Assembly (NCBI GenBank): GCA_964016885.1
Contig: OZ024743.1
Location: forward strand, 262,880,001 to 262,944,000
Direction of reading: 5' to 3'
DNA length: 64,000 nucleotides
From: Eledone cirrhosa
Lineage: Eukaryota
Shown here: piece after piece, positions 1 through 14,270 of the stretch
Numbering within the stretch: position 1 is the stretch's first letter
Layout of the letters: the number at the start of each line of letters is the position of its first letter
Translations under genes and position numbers: made by a program
Notes under the pieces: model-generated
What the model saw: the letters and a program-made list of their open reading frames with translations, nothing else
Database searches by the model: none
What the model was told of the DNA's origin: nothing

Positions 1-618
1 GTAACTAGAGAGGTGATAATTTTGTCAGTAGGAGTTAAAATATTAAACATACCTAAATTACTTTAGCTTGCATTATTATATTCCATAAACTGTTTAACCT
101 AGATGCCTTATTTAATACAGATTATATATTGCAAATTAACGGGTTTGATGTGATGTAACATTCTTGATTATTTTGGCACCAGGTGTCTCTGCTGTATGGT
201 AAAATATATTAATTTCTTATTTTCTTTTTATATAAGAATTTCTTTCATGTACTCTCACCTTTCAACACCAAGTGTGCATGCACACAAACTATTTCATTGC
301 AGTGTAAAAGTTCAGTAAATATTTTGTTTGCTGTTGAGTTAGTTTGTTATATATTTGATTTTGATGTCTATTGTGACTAGATATGTGGTAATTATCATTG
401 ATAAAAGTAATTTATTCTGTGAATATATCTCTTTGCATGGTTTCAAATTATCTTTCTTTAACTCAAATTGAAAATTTTATTCTGAAATATTTTTTTCATA
501 CTTTGATATATTCAATGTTGTGTGCGAAGAAGGCTTCTTAGTTCATTTATGTGTAATAAGTTAGTGAAGCAAATAGAAAACATAAACATATCTATAAATG
601 CATTATTAAAATTAGTTG

Positions 619-663
<45 letters not shown>

Positions 664-741
664 CATATGTATGTACATATATTTAAATGGTCATGTGTAC
701 ATATAAGTGCATATATATACATGCATATATGTTTGTTTATT

Positions 742-805
<64 letters not shown>

Positions 806-1334
806 CATTTAACGTCCATGGGTTAGATGGGTTGTCACGTTATAAGATAATTCAGGTCAAGTGATTATATCTTGCTCATACGGATCTGTATTTTGGCTTG
901 GTTTCTACTGTTAGATGCCCTTCCTAACCATGTTACAGCATGGACTGGGTGCTTTTTGTTGTGTCACCAGCACCACCACTTAACAGCTTGGACTGGGTAC
1001 ATTTTGTTGTCAACAGCACAACCACATTACAGGCTGAACTGGGCACTTTTAATTGTGCCATCATCACGCCCACCTTATAGGATGAATTGAGTGTTTTTGT
1101 TGTTATGGCACCAGATCAGCATATAGGATGGACTTAGTGCTTTTGTCATGATGCTTCTATAGTTTTCTCTGTCTAGTACATCTCCTTTATGCTTGTAGCA
1201 GTTGATGTTGCTGCGATGCCAGTCATTCGGTATGGCACCATTTTATATTTCTTTGTTTATAATACGAGTAATTAAGGTGTGACCCACCATCCCCAGATGC
1301 TTCCAGCATCTCAGCAACTATCCCCAAAGGTCCA

Positions 1335-1368
<34 letters not shown>

Positions 1369-1499
1369 TCAAGAAGTTTCTTTAGCAGCCCAAGTGTATG
1401 ATAAAGTTATATCTGTATAAATATAGAGAGTGTTACCAAGACTGCAACAATATGTCTGTTTTGGAATAATATTAAAAGTGAATGGGTATATATATCCAT

Positions 1500-1831
1500 C
1501 AAATACATTTCCTTGTGTAGGACATGCATAGAGAAATGAAGCAACCATGCTTCGTTGGGTGTGCAATGTGTGAGAGAAAGGCAAAGCTTGGAAAAGCTGG
1601 GTTTAAGAGGAATTCGAGGTGGTGTGTAGGAGAGAAGACTGCATTGGTCCAAACATGTGATGCACTTAGATGGCGATCACTGGGTCAAAAAAGGACAATA
1701 GAGGTAGACCAAGAAAGACCTGGATAGAGGTGGTGAGAGCTGACCTCAAATCGCTGAGACTCTTAGAGATGACAAAGGAACATGTTGAGAAGGACCTGTC
1801 TAACTCATGCAAGCATGTAAAAATGATGATA
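1500..1831 (+). mobile_element. Decayed RTE 3' fragment
   Basis: RTE C-terminal remnants, then catgcaagcatg stem and atgatgat tail. Similar remnants at 25330-25612 (+) and 39903-40250 (-). Confidence 0.65.
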
Positions 1832-2363
1832 TAAATTGTGACTGTCAACCTAATTGTGTATGATCACATGCCTCCCCATTATAGGCCCTCAAAATGACAG
1901 CCATACATCATTATAGGAAGGCAAGAACTCATCTCCTAAACTTCAACACTGGATTTAACACCATTTGTAAGAGAATTGTCACTGCTCACACCTAGTGAAA
2001 CTAGTGGGGGTATTTCATTGTTGCAAACATATGTGATACTTCAATAGTTCATAGAAAGGTCTGCTGTGTGTATGTAGTTGGTTCTAAGAGTTGTGCTGGG
2101 TGGGTTTGGGAGAGGAAAATGAAAAAAGTATGAGTGCAAAAAGTGCCTGCACTTGACATTTCATAGTGACAAATGTCTGTGTGATCCTGGAGCCATTCTC
2201 TAAACGTTTGAAGCCATTAAGCAATTTTCTGGCCCCTACCCACACATACATCCATAAAAGCAAATACACATATGTATGAATTTGTATTTATGCATTACAG
2301 GCTATGCCTGAGTACTCATACGGCCTACTGCATACGGATGCTTTAAGCATCCAACACCAATTA

Positions 2364-2415
<52 letters not shown>

Positions 2416-2429
2416 CACATTACCATATC

Positions 2430-2470
<41 letters not shown>

Positions 2471-2486
2471 GCATTACATGCTATGC

Positions 2487-2529
<43 letters not shown>

Positions 2530-2530
<1 letters not shown>

Positions 2531-3422
2531 TAGCAGTGGTACCCGGCGTTGCACGGGATAATGTATTTTGGAACGCGGGCCGCCAACAGACCTAATCATG
2601 GAAAAACTGCATGCCTGGACAATATGTAAAGAAAATAAACTGAATACTCTGATGGCTGGATAATCTTTAAGATTTTCCTCGATGAAGCAGGAAAAATGCA
2701 GGTTTACACTTAATGCGGGCCCTAGGGGACCAAGAAAATAATTTTTTTTATGTGCATAATATGCCTTGAAATTTCGGAAAAATCTGCTAGACGTAACGCC
2801 TCCAAAATTCCCTAAATAGCTGAAAAAATAAAGCTTTTCACCTAATGCGGGCCCTAGGCCATAAAAAAGTTGGATTTTCTTTACTCACGGTATGAAGAAG
2901 AGACTGACTAATACATAGTTACAATTTCAAGGAAATTGGTCTGACGTAACGCCTCAAAAAATCCCTAAAAAGCTTAAAAAACGCAGTTTTTCACTTAATG
3001 CGGGCCCTAGGAGATGAAAAAGTTGAATTTTTTTATGTGCATAACGCTCCCTGAAACATAAGTAATACACATGTAAAGTTTGAAAAAAATCGGTTGGGTA
3101 CTTCTCGAGTTTTAGGGATTCAAACTCACAGACACACACACACACACACACATCTAGACATCCTCAGGGAAGTGACGTAATGCAGACACCAGACATACAG
3201 ACAAATATTCTAAGGGCGCGATGTTATATGTATGTATCTATCTAAAAAGAGAAAGACTAAGAATTATAGAGAGATCACTAAATTTTTTTTGCTCAGAACA
3301 CTCCCTGAAACATAAGTATTATATGTGTAAAGTTTGAAAACAGTCGGTTGGGTGGTTCTCGAGTTTTAGGGATTCAAACTCACACACACACAGACAGACA
3401 TCCTCAGTTTTATATATATAGA
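2530..3422 (-). mobile_element. Non-autonomous Helitron
   Basis: Minus strand starts A|TCTATATATATAAAA and ends CCCGTGCAACGCCGGG (hairpin) TACCACTG CTAG|T. Three internal repeats containing taatgcgggccctagg and a duplicated 5' segment. Confidence 0.8.
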
Positions 3423-3667
3423 TATATACATATACACACACACACACACACTGGCATAGCATGTAATGCATATATATATATTCACACACAGATATGGTAA
3501 TGTGTTTGTGTGTGTGTATATTTCTGTATATATATATAAACACACATACTCTCATGCACACAGATGTGGGAATATAATATATGTATATGTGTGTAGTATA
3601 TGTTCTGTGTGTGTATACACACACATAGTAATGGCAAATATATGAAAAGATTTTCAATTATTTTTCT

Positions 3668-3706
<39 letters not shown>

Positions 3707-3880
3707 AATGTTTGAATGTATAAACAGGAGAAAAAATACTCAATATATGGAATATTCTGCTGCGTGCATTCAACTGACAGAAGGATCATTACGTTGCCTA
3801 AAGGAACACATAAATCGAGAAACTGGAGTAATGACGAAGTGAATTATCAGTTTTAAATTACTATGTGTGTATGTGTGTGT

Positions 3881-3929
<49 letters not shown>

Positions 3930-3978
3930 AATAAAATAACAAGGATGATTGGTTACTCCTTCATTACGTTTATTGGTT

Positions 3979-4063
3979 GGTGACGTGCGTTTCGCCACTG
4001 GTCAGCTCAAGGTTCGATCTGTATCGATCTGACCCGACTCTGTAATCCGTGGCTCGTCAGACC
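3979..4063 (-). ncRNA. Type I hammerhead ribozyme candidate with long stem II, in a ~250-bp Penelope-like end (3926-4176)
   Basis: GGU-CUGACGA-GCCAC...GUGGC-GAAA-CGCACG-UC-ACC, followed by AAUAAA and a T-rich tail running into (TA)n. Confidence 0.65.
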
Positions 4064-4173
4064 CCTTCTAATGGTAATACACTCTTTCTAGCTCTACACC
4101 TCGACACCGAAGTGAACCTAAACGTTGAGTGCTCACCCGAGTGAACCAACAGTAACTCCAAGTTACACTCCCT

Positions 4174-4227
<54 letters not shown>

Positions 4228-4637
4228 TTCTTCCTAAGCATGAAACTAATAAGACTGTGCTTTTGTATCTGTGTTTGTCTTGTTTATTCTTGAATTATAT
4301 ATATATATGTGTTCACGAGTTTGCAAGCATTTTTATCTCGTTATTTTATTTTATTTCTCTAGTAACAGTATTTATTATATAATTTTGGATAGAAGAAAAA
4401 AATTGCTTCAACGATTACTGATACACAATTCTTGAGGTACAGTTATATACATATTTATGGGAAAGTGGAATATATATTGAGTGACTTTTGTGCCTTTCTC
4501 AAGCATAGTTAATATCTTCTGTCATTTTGCCAAACCAAACTAAAAATATTACAGCAATGGCTGTATATAATTTCAAACAACAAACATTTTCTTCATGATT
4601 TCTTGTGTAAACAAACATTTTTAGAAATTACATTTAA

Positions 4638-5093
4638 CCGTTTTGATACCAACCTGCTCAAAAACACTTCATTCTATGAAACAAAACCATCCATTTTAAA
4701 AGGTTTCTATTTAAATTCAAATCTTCTGACATAATTTGGCATAAGAACCTTTCGTTAAATTATGTTACAAATACCATCTTAATAACGAAATAATTAATGA
4801 CTTTAGTAAATTCCCCTAAATTCTTCATTAATTACTTCAAATACAGTGTATTTCATTATAAATTTTGTAATGAAAGGGAGATCTCTTCCATTACCATATT
4901 TCACTAGAAAAACGCTTGCCTATGATTTTGAGATAATTTTGAAAATAACCAAGACTTTGAAGGTACTTAGTAAAAACTTTCTCATTATTAAGCTGGTTCT
5001 TATGTAAAATTATAATGGAAGTTCTTTTTAATAGCTATATGTAACCACTTTGTAGAACCATGGCCAGTTTCAGGTGATTTAGTATCAAAAGAG
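4638..5093. mobile_element. Two adjacent inverted copies of the piggyBac-type MITE
   Basis: ttaa|ccgttttgatacc... and ...gtatcaaaagag|ttaa are the outer ends; the copies meet at ~4880. Confidence 0.5.
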
Positions 5094-8000
5094 TTAAAGT
5101 TTAATTCTTTAGGAAGAAGGCTACAAATGTCAAGGTAGTTGACCTTTGATCAATGGTGTTACAACCAGGACCATTTCATCTTTTTCTTAAGATGGCAGTA
5201 TGTGCTGTAAGGGAGATTTGGCTGCTATTTGTCAAAGGTCAAGAAATCATGTAAATTTGCTTGTGTAGGAATGGTATTGATGGTATGAGATTTGTTGATT
5301 TTCATGTAGTGGTAATAGCAGCATAAGTGAAGTTAAATAGCTCCAACTAAGAACTGAAGTTAGTTAACCTTTACATTATCATATTTCTAATGAAATACAC
5401 TGCCTATGTGTTTCAATTAATATTGAAAATAAAAATAATTAGAATTTAATAAAATAACTGAAATGTTCATTAGTAACTGATATTTAGAACATCACTTAAG
5501 AAAACTATCTTAAATAAAATTATGGTAGGTTTTAATATAAAGATAAACATTTTAAAATGATCAGTTTTGTATCATAAATCCAGGTTAGTTCCAGGTGGTT
5601 TGGTACCAAAAGAGCCAATACACTTGTTTTACTGGGAGTTTTACATCTTGCTCTATACGAGTGCCTATCTTGTCACTTGGTTATAATAACAGGTTTTATT
5701 CACTTTATTTTTATTGCACCCATAACCCACTCACCCCAGTCTTGGTCACATGGCCTTGAATAAATAGAGACAATGTAGGGTAATGAATACCCCTTAATTG
5801 TGTAAGATTCAAGGAAAACTCACTCATATTACTACCACAAGAAACTGTACTTAGTACACCATCTAAAGTGGTTGGCAAGTAAAAAGAAGCTGTGTAGAGT
5901 TGAAAGACCCCTATACTCTTGCTGAGGACATAGCTATCTCTCCAGTGCTGGTGCTAAAATAAGATGCACCCAGTACACTCTGTAAAGTGGTTAGTGTTTG
6001 GAAGGGCATCTGCTGTAAAAATGTTGCCAAAAATAGAAAGTTGTTGCAAGATGTGGTTGTTTGATGTATCTAGTCTCTGATCATAATGGCCTGTCCAACC
6101 CATGCCAAAGCTGATGTAAAATTATGATGATGATGACTTCTGGGAATTATGTGTGTATTTCTATCTCTGTATCATTAGTCTGTTTATCAAATTGAATCAT
6201 CATCATCATCGTTTAACATCCACTTTCCACGTTAACATTGGTTAGACGAGTTGTTCCATTTTGAGTCAAGTTGGGTCAGGTGACTGTGTTTGTTCATGTA
6301 GAACTGTTTTTGGCTTGGTTTCTACGGCTGGGGATGTATTTACTATTTGATATGAGTTTGTGTTGTGAAATCCTTCTTTATTCGTTATTCACGAGAAAAG
6401 GTAGTGCCCATGAACCTTTTCAAGAGCTACCAAGATTGGTGTGAGGGAAGGAGGGATGAAGGAAGGTATCCTCAAACAGGTGACCTAACCAAAATGCTTG
6501 CAACAGAGTGATCTCCACTAAAGTTATCCAAGAGCCAGGTGGTGTTATTATACAGAGTGATCTCCACTAAAGTTATCCATGAGTCAAGTGATAGTATTAT
6601 ACAGAGTGGACTCTGCTAAAGGAAATCAAGGGTCAGGTGGTGACTGATTATGTATACCATCCATGAAGGTCAGAGTGGGATTTGGATTCAGAATACAATG
6701 AACAATCTGGAACAAATTGCCACAAGGTATTCTATCTGACACTAATGACTCTATCAGTCCACTGAGTTTATTTATTGATCCCGCAATGATGAACAGTAAA
6801 ATTGACCTTGGCAGGGTTTAAATTCAAAACAAATTTCACCAGATCCTTCAATACTTCTACCATCCTAAAAATGGCGCTCCACTGAAATATAAATTAGTTA
6901 AGCATATATACAATTTTAAAGAAAAATTTCAATTCTATCAGACAGATAACAACACAGCTTTTTTTAAACATTCTCTGTAACTGAGGCACCAACATTCCAC
7001 AGTAGATTCTTTATTTTATTTAGTTTTATATTCAACTGTTTTGGATTGATATTAATAGTTATGATGGGAATGCTTTTGATCATAGTTGATCATGGCTGAT
7101 TTAGAGTTAAAGTGGTAAAACACCAATACTTCACACTAGATTCTTTATGGCATTTAAAAGTACCCAGTCCACCTAATAAGGTGGTACAGTTGGCATCCAG
7201 CCATAGAAACCAACCCGAAAATAGTGTACGAGCAGGCGTAGTCACCTAGCCAGTCTAGCCTCAGTACGCAACAACCCATTTTACCCATGCCAGCATGGAA
7301 AATCAATGTTGAATGGTGATGATGATAATTCTAGTTTTGTATTTGACTGTTCTGAATTGATATCTTTGGTGGGTTCACATTTCTTTCCTTGATGAATATC
7401 AGTAATATATTGGGGTCATAATTCTGCTGATCACACCATTTTTCTGACAAAAATATTGATCTTTTTGTATTACTAAAAAATCAATATGATTGGTTGCTGT
7501 GAATGACATTTCTTTTGTTTAAAGTTATAAGTGGTTATCTCAATAATGGCTTTTTTCTTCCTTTTCTTCTCCCCATTATTAAATTCAGCTGTGAACATTA
7601 GACTCATCAAATAAGTGGAAACTAAGAATCTGAGAGCAATTCAATGCAGGGCCAGTCTGTGGGTCACTGTAACCTAGAGATTTCTTTAAAGCTATATGTA
7701 ACTGGTATAGGTGATAACTGAGATGAGGGAATCTTTACAGAGTCATTCAACCTGCTAGAAATAGCAGTCAATCCCTTTTGATACCAAACTGCTTGAAACT
7801 GCCCCTTGTTCTACTATAGAAAACTGTTTGTATTTATTTGAAAAAGCTTTCCATCATAATTTCATATAAGCACCTTTTTGTTATGTTTCAAACAACAGCT
7901 TAATAATGAGTCAGTTATTTTACTAAATTTCCCCAAATTCTTGATTATTTGAAAATCACTGGCAGTGGATTTTCTTAGAAATATAGGAACAAAGGGATTT

Positions 8001-9899
8001 AAAAAACAAAATAAAAATGCATTGGATAATAAACACCTGCACTAAGTCTGGAAAAAGACAGGATAGCCATGACTGGAATGCTTTTGATCATAGTTCTGTT
8101 GAATGATGGCTGATCTGGGTCTATACAACACTGTTTATTAAGGTGAGTAATTGGTAGTCATTAGAGCATAAGATTAAGGGATTTCTGGTATTTGTTCTGT
8201 TCAACTGTGCTCTTGAGTTCAAATTCTGTTGTCATTAACTTTTCTTGGGGTTGATAAATAAATACTAGTCCACGTTGATGGATTGGAAGAATTGTTAGAG
8301 CATCAGACTAGATGCCTTGCTGTAGTCATTCCAACTCTTTTTGTTTTGTATTCAAATCCAGGCCCTGTTACCCTATGTCGTCATCTTCCATTTGTCAGAC
8401 ACTTTATTGAGTGGGATTGGATACATTTTAACATCTACAGCAAAATACCTCTTAAGAAAACCTGTTTGACTTTTCTTGCAAAGCTTAGCTAAGTCTGATC
8501 TTGTTAATCTAGATTCAAAGGCCACTACTAACACTGGATAGAACAACATACATCATTCCCAATACTATAGTTTTTCTCTAGCATGCACAGACTTGTATCT
8601 TTATCTTGCAGCTGTCTGTGTCTAATCTTATCAATTTACCTGCAACATTTCTTACTGTCATAAGGTTTTTATTTTACCCCTTACAAGAAACGAGGACCTA
8701 CTTCATTCCACCTGTAACCATCTCAACTTGTTTTTAGAAGGGGCCATAGTGTGTATCCCAGACTCTATTAGCAATATAACCTTTCTTTTTTAAGGTGCTG
8801 TGATTTGATTGAGATTTTAGCTCTGGCATGCACAGACTTGTATCTTTAATATTTATAAACTTATTGAAGAACATTCATTGTATTCCCATCATTGAAGATT
8901 ACATTTTTCATCAGCCAATTTTAAATGAAGAGAAGGGCTATCTATTTGTTAATCAATAATTTTAACTGAAGAGAAGGGTTATCTAAGATGGATGGTAATT
9001 TGAACTCCTGTATGACTTGAATCAAGAGTGTAAATTATAAACAAAAATATAATTAAATAATAAAAAAACAACAACATACATAATCACAAAAATTATTATT
9101 AACAGATGACAGTAAATAAGTCAATGGACTAGTTGAATTTCCATGTATTTTATCAGTATTTTCCCTCTCTTCAAACAATCCTGATTTTAAGGGGGCATTA
9201 TCAATCGACAAAACAAAGTAAAATTGTGGTCTATTAAAAAAGTTATCCAGTAAAAGTGATAGAGAAAATGCAGACTAAGTGATCAACATGATTTATATAT
9301 AAATGATACTGTCAAATACCTAAACTTGAACATGTAGAACAAATCTGAAGTTATCCAGAAATAAGGCCTTTGAATGCTCTAACTCGTAAACAATATACTC
9401 AGAAAATCAAAGCCAACTATATATCACTCAGGCAGGAATAAAACATTTTTGTAAAGTGTGTGCAAATACTAAAATTTTGTTTCTATGTTTATCTTTTTTT
9501 TCCATTCTTCTGCATCTGAAATAATTAAATTCTGATGAATTATTGATATTAAAAAACTTTTTGTTATCCATTTAAAAATATTTCCCTATTTAGGCATGTT
9601 GCAAATTTACCTGTCAGCTTCCCACCACTCTTCTTTTTGTTCTAAATCCATGTATTATATTATTACTGTACTACAGTCATTTTAAGGTGTTTATTTACAA
9701 AGGTTGAGTTAATGATATACAAGCAATGTAGTATTGTTAACAAAGGCACGTGTGGTTAGAGCATTAGGCTCATCATCTTCAAGTCATCAGATTGGGTGGC
9801 ACATTGTGCCCTTGAGCAATGCACTATTTCTTATTGTTCCAGTCTGCTCATCTGAAAAAATTAGTTCCATCAACGGCTGGGGTTAATCATACAATGGAT

Positions 9900-10112
9900 T
9901 GACATCCCATCTAATATTCTTAGTTACTCAATGCCTCATGACAGTGATGTAAGCTCTGACATCACATCTAATATTCTCAGTTGCTCAGTGTATCATGACA
10001 CCAATGTAAGCTCTGATATCAGATCTAATATTCTCAGTTGCTCAATGTTTCCTGACACTGATGTAAGCTCTGTCATCCTATCTAATATTCACACTATTCT
10101 CAGTGTCTTATG
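9900..10112. repeat. ~60-bp tandem repeat, about 3.5 copies
   Basis: atctaatattctcagttgctca...gatgtaagctctg recurs about every 57-60 bp. Confidence 0.85.
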
Positions 10113-10134
10113 ACACTCTAAACTCTACACAAAG

Positions 10135-10455
10135 CATACCAGCCTCGTATCTCACAGAACATACCAGCCTCGTATCTCACAGAACATACCAGCCTCGTAT
10201 CTCACAGAACACACCAGCCTCGTATCTCAAAACATACCAGCCTCGTATCTCACAGAACATACCAGCCTCGTATCTCACAGAACACACCAGCCTTGTATCT
10301 CACAAAACATACCAGCCTCGTATCTCACAAAACATACCAGCCTCGTATCTTACAGAACATACCAGCCTCGTATCTTACAGAACATACCAGCCTCGTATCT
10401 TACAGAACATACCAGCCTCGTATCTTACAGAACATACCAGCCTTGTATATCACAA
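10135..10455. repeat. 25-bp minisatellite, about 13 copies
   Basis: Unit cataccagcctcgtatctcacagaa. Confidence 0.95.
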
Positions 10456-11197
10456 ACCTAATCTATGCAATAAGCAATTTAATCAATCACTTGTCAAAGT
10501 GACAACGTAGAATCTGTCTAGTCTTATTAATTTATCTACAACACTGTTTGCTATCATCAGGTCTTTATTCTACTCCTTACAAGAAGCAAGGACCCAATTC
10601 ATTCCAGCTGTTGCCATCTTCACTTTCATTTTGGAAGGGGCCATATTGTGCATGTCGGACTCTATTAGCGATTTATCCTTTCTTTTTTAAGATGGTATGA
10701 TTTGAGGGAGATTTTAGCTGTTAGTCTAGCAGATGGAATGACCATGAAAAGGGTCTTTTGTTGGCTTTTTAAAGCTGACTTTATTATATAATTTGTCCAG
10801 ATGGTCTTATTGTCTTTCAGTGGCATTGGAACACAGTATCACAGTATATCACATTCCATCATAGGTTCACATGTGATGTATAAAAACTAGTAATTGGAAG
10901 TGAAACAAAACCCTGATATCTCTAATCAGCCATGCCTGACTATTTGTACACATGGATCATTCCAGACTGGAAATATTTTATCATCACACTGCCAATTACT
11001 ATTGGATGTAAAAATGTATTGTTGTAGTTGTTGTTGTTGGATTTTATAGTATCAATTATTAATTTTCCATAAAACATTGCCACTCATGTCTTGTATAGTT
11101 TAGTAGAGTCACATGAATTGTTAATGAAGATGGATAATACACATTTGTGTTGTGGTTGTTGAGATTTTCCAGGTCCCAGGAGAAAAGTCTTTTGTCT

Positions 11198-11290
11198 GTA
11201 TGTGTGTGTGAGAAAGTGAGTGTATGTGTGTGTGAGTGTGTGCATGCATGTGTGAGAATGAATGTGTATGTATGAGAGAGAGTGTCTGGC

Positions 11291-11322
<32 letters not shown>

Positions 11323-11482
11323 AGAGTGTGTGTGTATGTGAGAGTGTGTGTATATGTGTGAGTGAGGATGTGTGTGAGTGTGTTGTGTGAGAGAGTGAGT
11401 GTGGATGTGAGATTGTATGTATGTGTGTGAGAGTGTGTGTATGTTTATAAGAATGAGGGATTGTGTATGTGTGTGAATGTGT
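11198..11482. repeat. (TG)n/(AG)n compound low-complexity tract
   Basis: Read directly. Confidence 0.9.
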
Positions 11483-11765
11483 AAATTGGTTTCTTGCTAT
11501 TGTTTTGGTGTGTTGTCTTTTGATGTTCTGCTTAAATATAAATAAATAGCTCTAATAACATAGTTATCAAGTGTCATAAATAACTAGCTGTGATTTATAG
11601 CTGAAAGCCTTAACTAGGACTATCAACACAAATCCAATGATAAACAAACACACAAGTACAACAAAATGAAAATAACAAACAACTCCAAAAGAATCATTTT
11701 GCATGCAGATCAAATATTGGAACATTGTCAAAGAGTGAAGCTGACCTATGTATGTTTATGTTATG

Positions 11766-11803
<38 letters not shown>

Positions 11804-11941
11804 CATACAGAGAGAGAGTGTGAGGTTTGATAAAATAAAACCTATATTTAGTTGAACTGGAGAGCAGAGGGTGTGAGGGTGGCGATGGTGTTAGAGAAAT
11901 AAAAAAAAGGGTGGGGATGGGCTTGGCTGTGGATGATAGAA

Positions 11942-13510
11942 ACACAAAAGTCTCTCTAGGGAGGAGAGTGACTTGGTGGTGGAATAGTAGGGTAGATGAG
12001 ACAATTAAGGCCAAAAGACTGGCATAGAAAAAATGGGGAAAGTAGGAGAGAAGCTAGGCAACAAGTATACTTTGCCGGAAGGGAAGCAGAAAAAGAAAGA
12101 AATTCTGTTTTGCAGCATGAGGTGTTCAGGATTGCAACGCAGTGTGTCAGGAAAAATTGTGATGTTGATGGCGGGAAGTGTGTCAGATGATAATGGCGTA
12201 CTTGCTCTCATTGATGCTGAAAAGAAGGTAGCATGGAAGCACCACTAAGAAAGATTACTGAATGAGGAGAATGCATAGGAAGACGATAGTTTGCTCCAAG
12301 TTGACTCAACTGAGGGACTGGCTCTACAAGTCAGCAGTAGTATCTATAGTAAGGCAATCAAGAATATAAAGACAGGCAAGGCAGCTGGACCATAGTTACC
12401 CCTATTGTAAACTAAGTATAATAATACAAAATGGTGTCATACCCAATGACTGGCGTAGCATCATCATCAACTGCTACAAAGGCAAAGGAGATGCTCTAGA
12501 CAGAGAAACTATAGAGGTATTAAGATGGTTGACCATGTTATGAAGGTAAAAAAAAAAGAGTTACATCACAGCTGATTATGGATTGAGTTATCCTAGATGA
12601 GATGCAGTTTGGATATGTGCCAGGTAAAAGAACCACAGATGCTCTCTTTCTTGTGAGGCAATTGCAGGAGAGGTACCTAGCTAAAAGTAAACCCTTCTAC
12701 TTGGCATTTGTTGACCTGGAGAAAGCTTTTGACATAGTTCCCTGTTCCATTATCTTGTGGGTTCTTAGAAAAATAATAGTAGACAAGTAGCTTGCCATGG
12801 AAAGCCATGTATAGAGGAATAGTCAGCAAGGTCAGAATTAATTACTATTACAAAGAATTAAGTGTGCAGGTCAGTGTTCATCAGTTCTTAGGCTTCTGTT
12901 TATTATTGTCCTGCAGGCTATAACAGAAGAGTTTAAGATTGGCTTACCATTGGAACTTCTGTATGCAGATGACCTAAACCTTATAGTTGATTCTATGGTA
13001 GAATTAGAGAAGAAATTCTAAATCTAGAAGTATGGCTTAGAATCAAAAGGTCTCAAAGTTAACTTGTCAAAGGCCAAAGTCCTAGTATGTAGAATGGAAA
13101 ACAGGGTCCAGATTCTCTCAGGGAAATGGTTTTGCTCAGTATGTGGAAAATGAGTAGGAAGAAATTCCATCCTGTGTTCCAAATGCAAGCTATAGGTACA
13201 TAAATGATGTGGGATCTCAGGCAGGCTAGCAAAGAACGTAAGTTTTGCGTGTGGCCAATGCACAGGCGCAAGAGCTCACAGGATACTAACTCCCTCAAAT
13301 GCCCAGAGGGCTCTGTAGAAGTAGTAGATAGTTTCTGTTATCTGGATGACCAAATTTGCAGTGGAGGAGGGTGTTCTGAAAGCACAGTAGCCAGAGTGTG
13401 AATGGGTTGGAGAAAGTTCAGGGAGCTACTACTGCTACTAACTACAAAAGTTTTTTCCCCTCAAAATGAAGGGCAGATTGTATGATGCATGTATACAAAC
13501 AGCAATGTTC
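11942..13510 (+). mobile_element. Old degenerate RTE LINE fragment
   Basis: Broken frames carry MQFGYVPGKRTTDALFLVRQLQERYLAK..AFVDLEKAFD, YADD and EVVDSFCYL; many stops and frameshifts. Confidence 0.88.
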
Positions 13511-13601
13511 TAACTGTAAACTTTTATCGTGGTAGTAGGATGAGTGATATATATATTATCTGTTCTAATTTTTTTCCTAAGTGACTTGTATCGATATGTT
13601 A

Positions 13602-13701
13602 AACTCTGATGACACCCACAGTCTATACTTCTTAATGGCAAATTTTTGTATAAAATGATTTGCTATATGTAGCATAACCTGGGTAGAAACAGTTGTCAGC
13701 T
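13602..13701 (+). ncRNA. Degenerate hammerhead-like motif (Penelope-like end)
   Basis: aact-CTGATGA-cACCCA...TGGGTa-GAAA-cagttg-TC-agct, then ATTAAA and (TA)n about 50 nt later. Confidence 0.45.
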
Positions 13702-14074
13702 ATTAAATGTCTTAAACTCTTAATTCTTTGGTTTGTAAACGAACTGTAACTATATATATATATATATATATATATAAAGTACAGAATATATATATTGTAC
13801 TTTAGGAGGGTCATGCTGACATAAAGACACATGCAACAATTGAGCTTTACTGCTGTGTTTAGTTTAATAAAAGCTCTTTCGTCACACATTCTGTGACCTT
13901 CTCAATGAATATTCTCTTCTTTGTTCTGATCTTGTTCTATTTATTCCATTTGTCTACTTTTCCCTGAACACACAAACCTAATATGCATGTCATACCTTCC
14001 ACATATGCAAACACACACTGATATACATCTGTAAACACATGGCAAATTTCCTTTAGATTTGTTTGCTCTCTTGT

Positions 14075-14270
14075 CACTACTACTACTACTGCCATCACTA
14101 CTGCTTACACTACCAGTATTAACATTACCTCACTTCTACTAACATTACCACTACCACTACTAACATTACCACCACTACTAACATTACCACCACCATTACT
14201 AATATTACCATCACTGCTGCTAACATTATCACCAACATTACTAGCATTACCACCACTACTAACATTACCA
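14075..14270. repeat. Degenerate ACT/ACC trinucleotide-type repeat
   Basis: actaacattaccaccact units. Confidence 0.85.

Noticed and set aside
1-10. Window starts gtaact, possibly the donor after TUSC3/MAGT1 exon 1
   Set aside because: Upstream sequence is not visible, so it cannot be supported; no signal-peptide exon was identified inside the window.
616-804. Many ORFs rich in [12 protein letters not shown] (also 41980-42879, 44358-46552 and others)
   Set aside because: Translations of (TA)n and (CA)n microsatellites, which lack stop codons in some frames.
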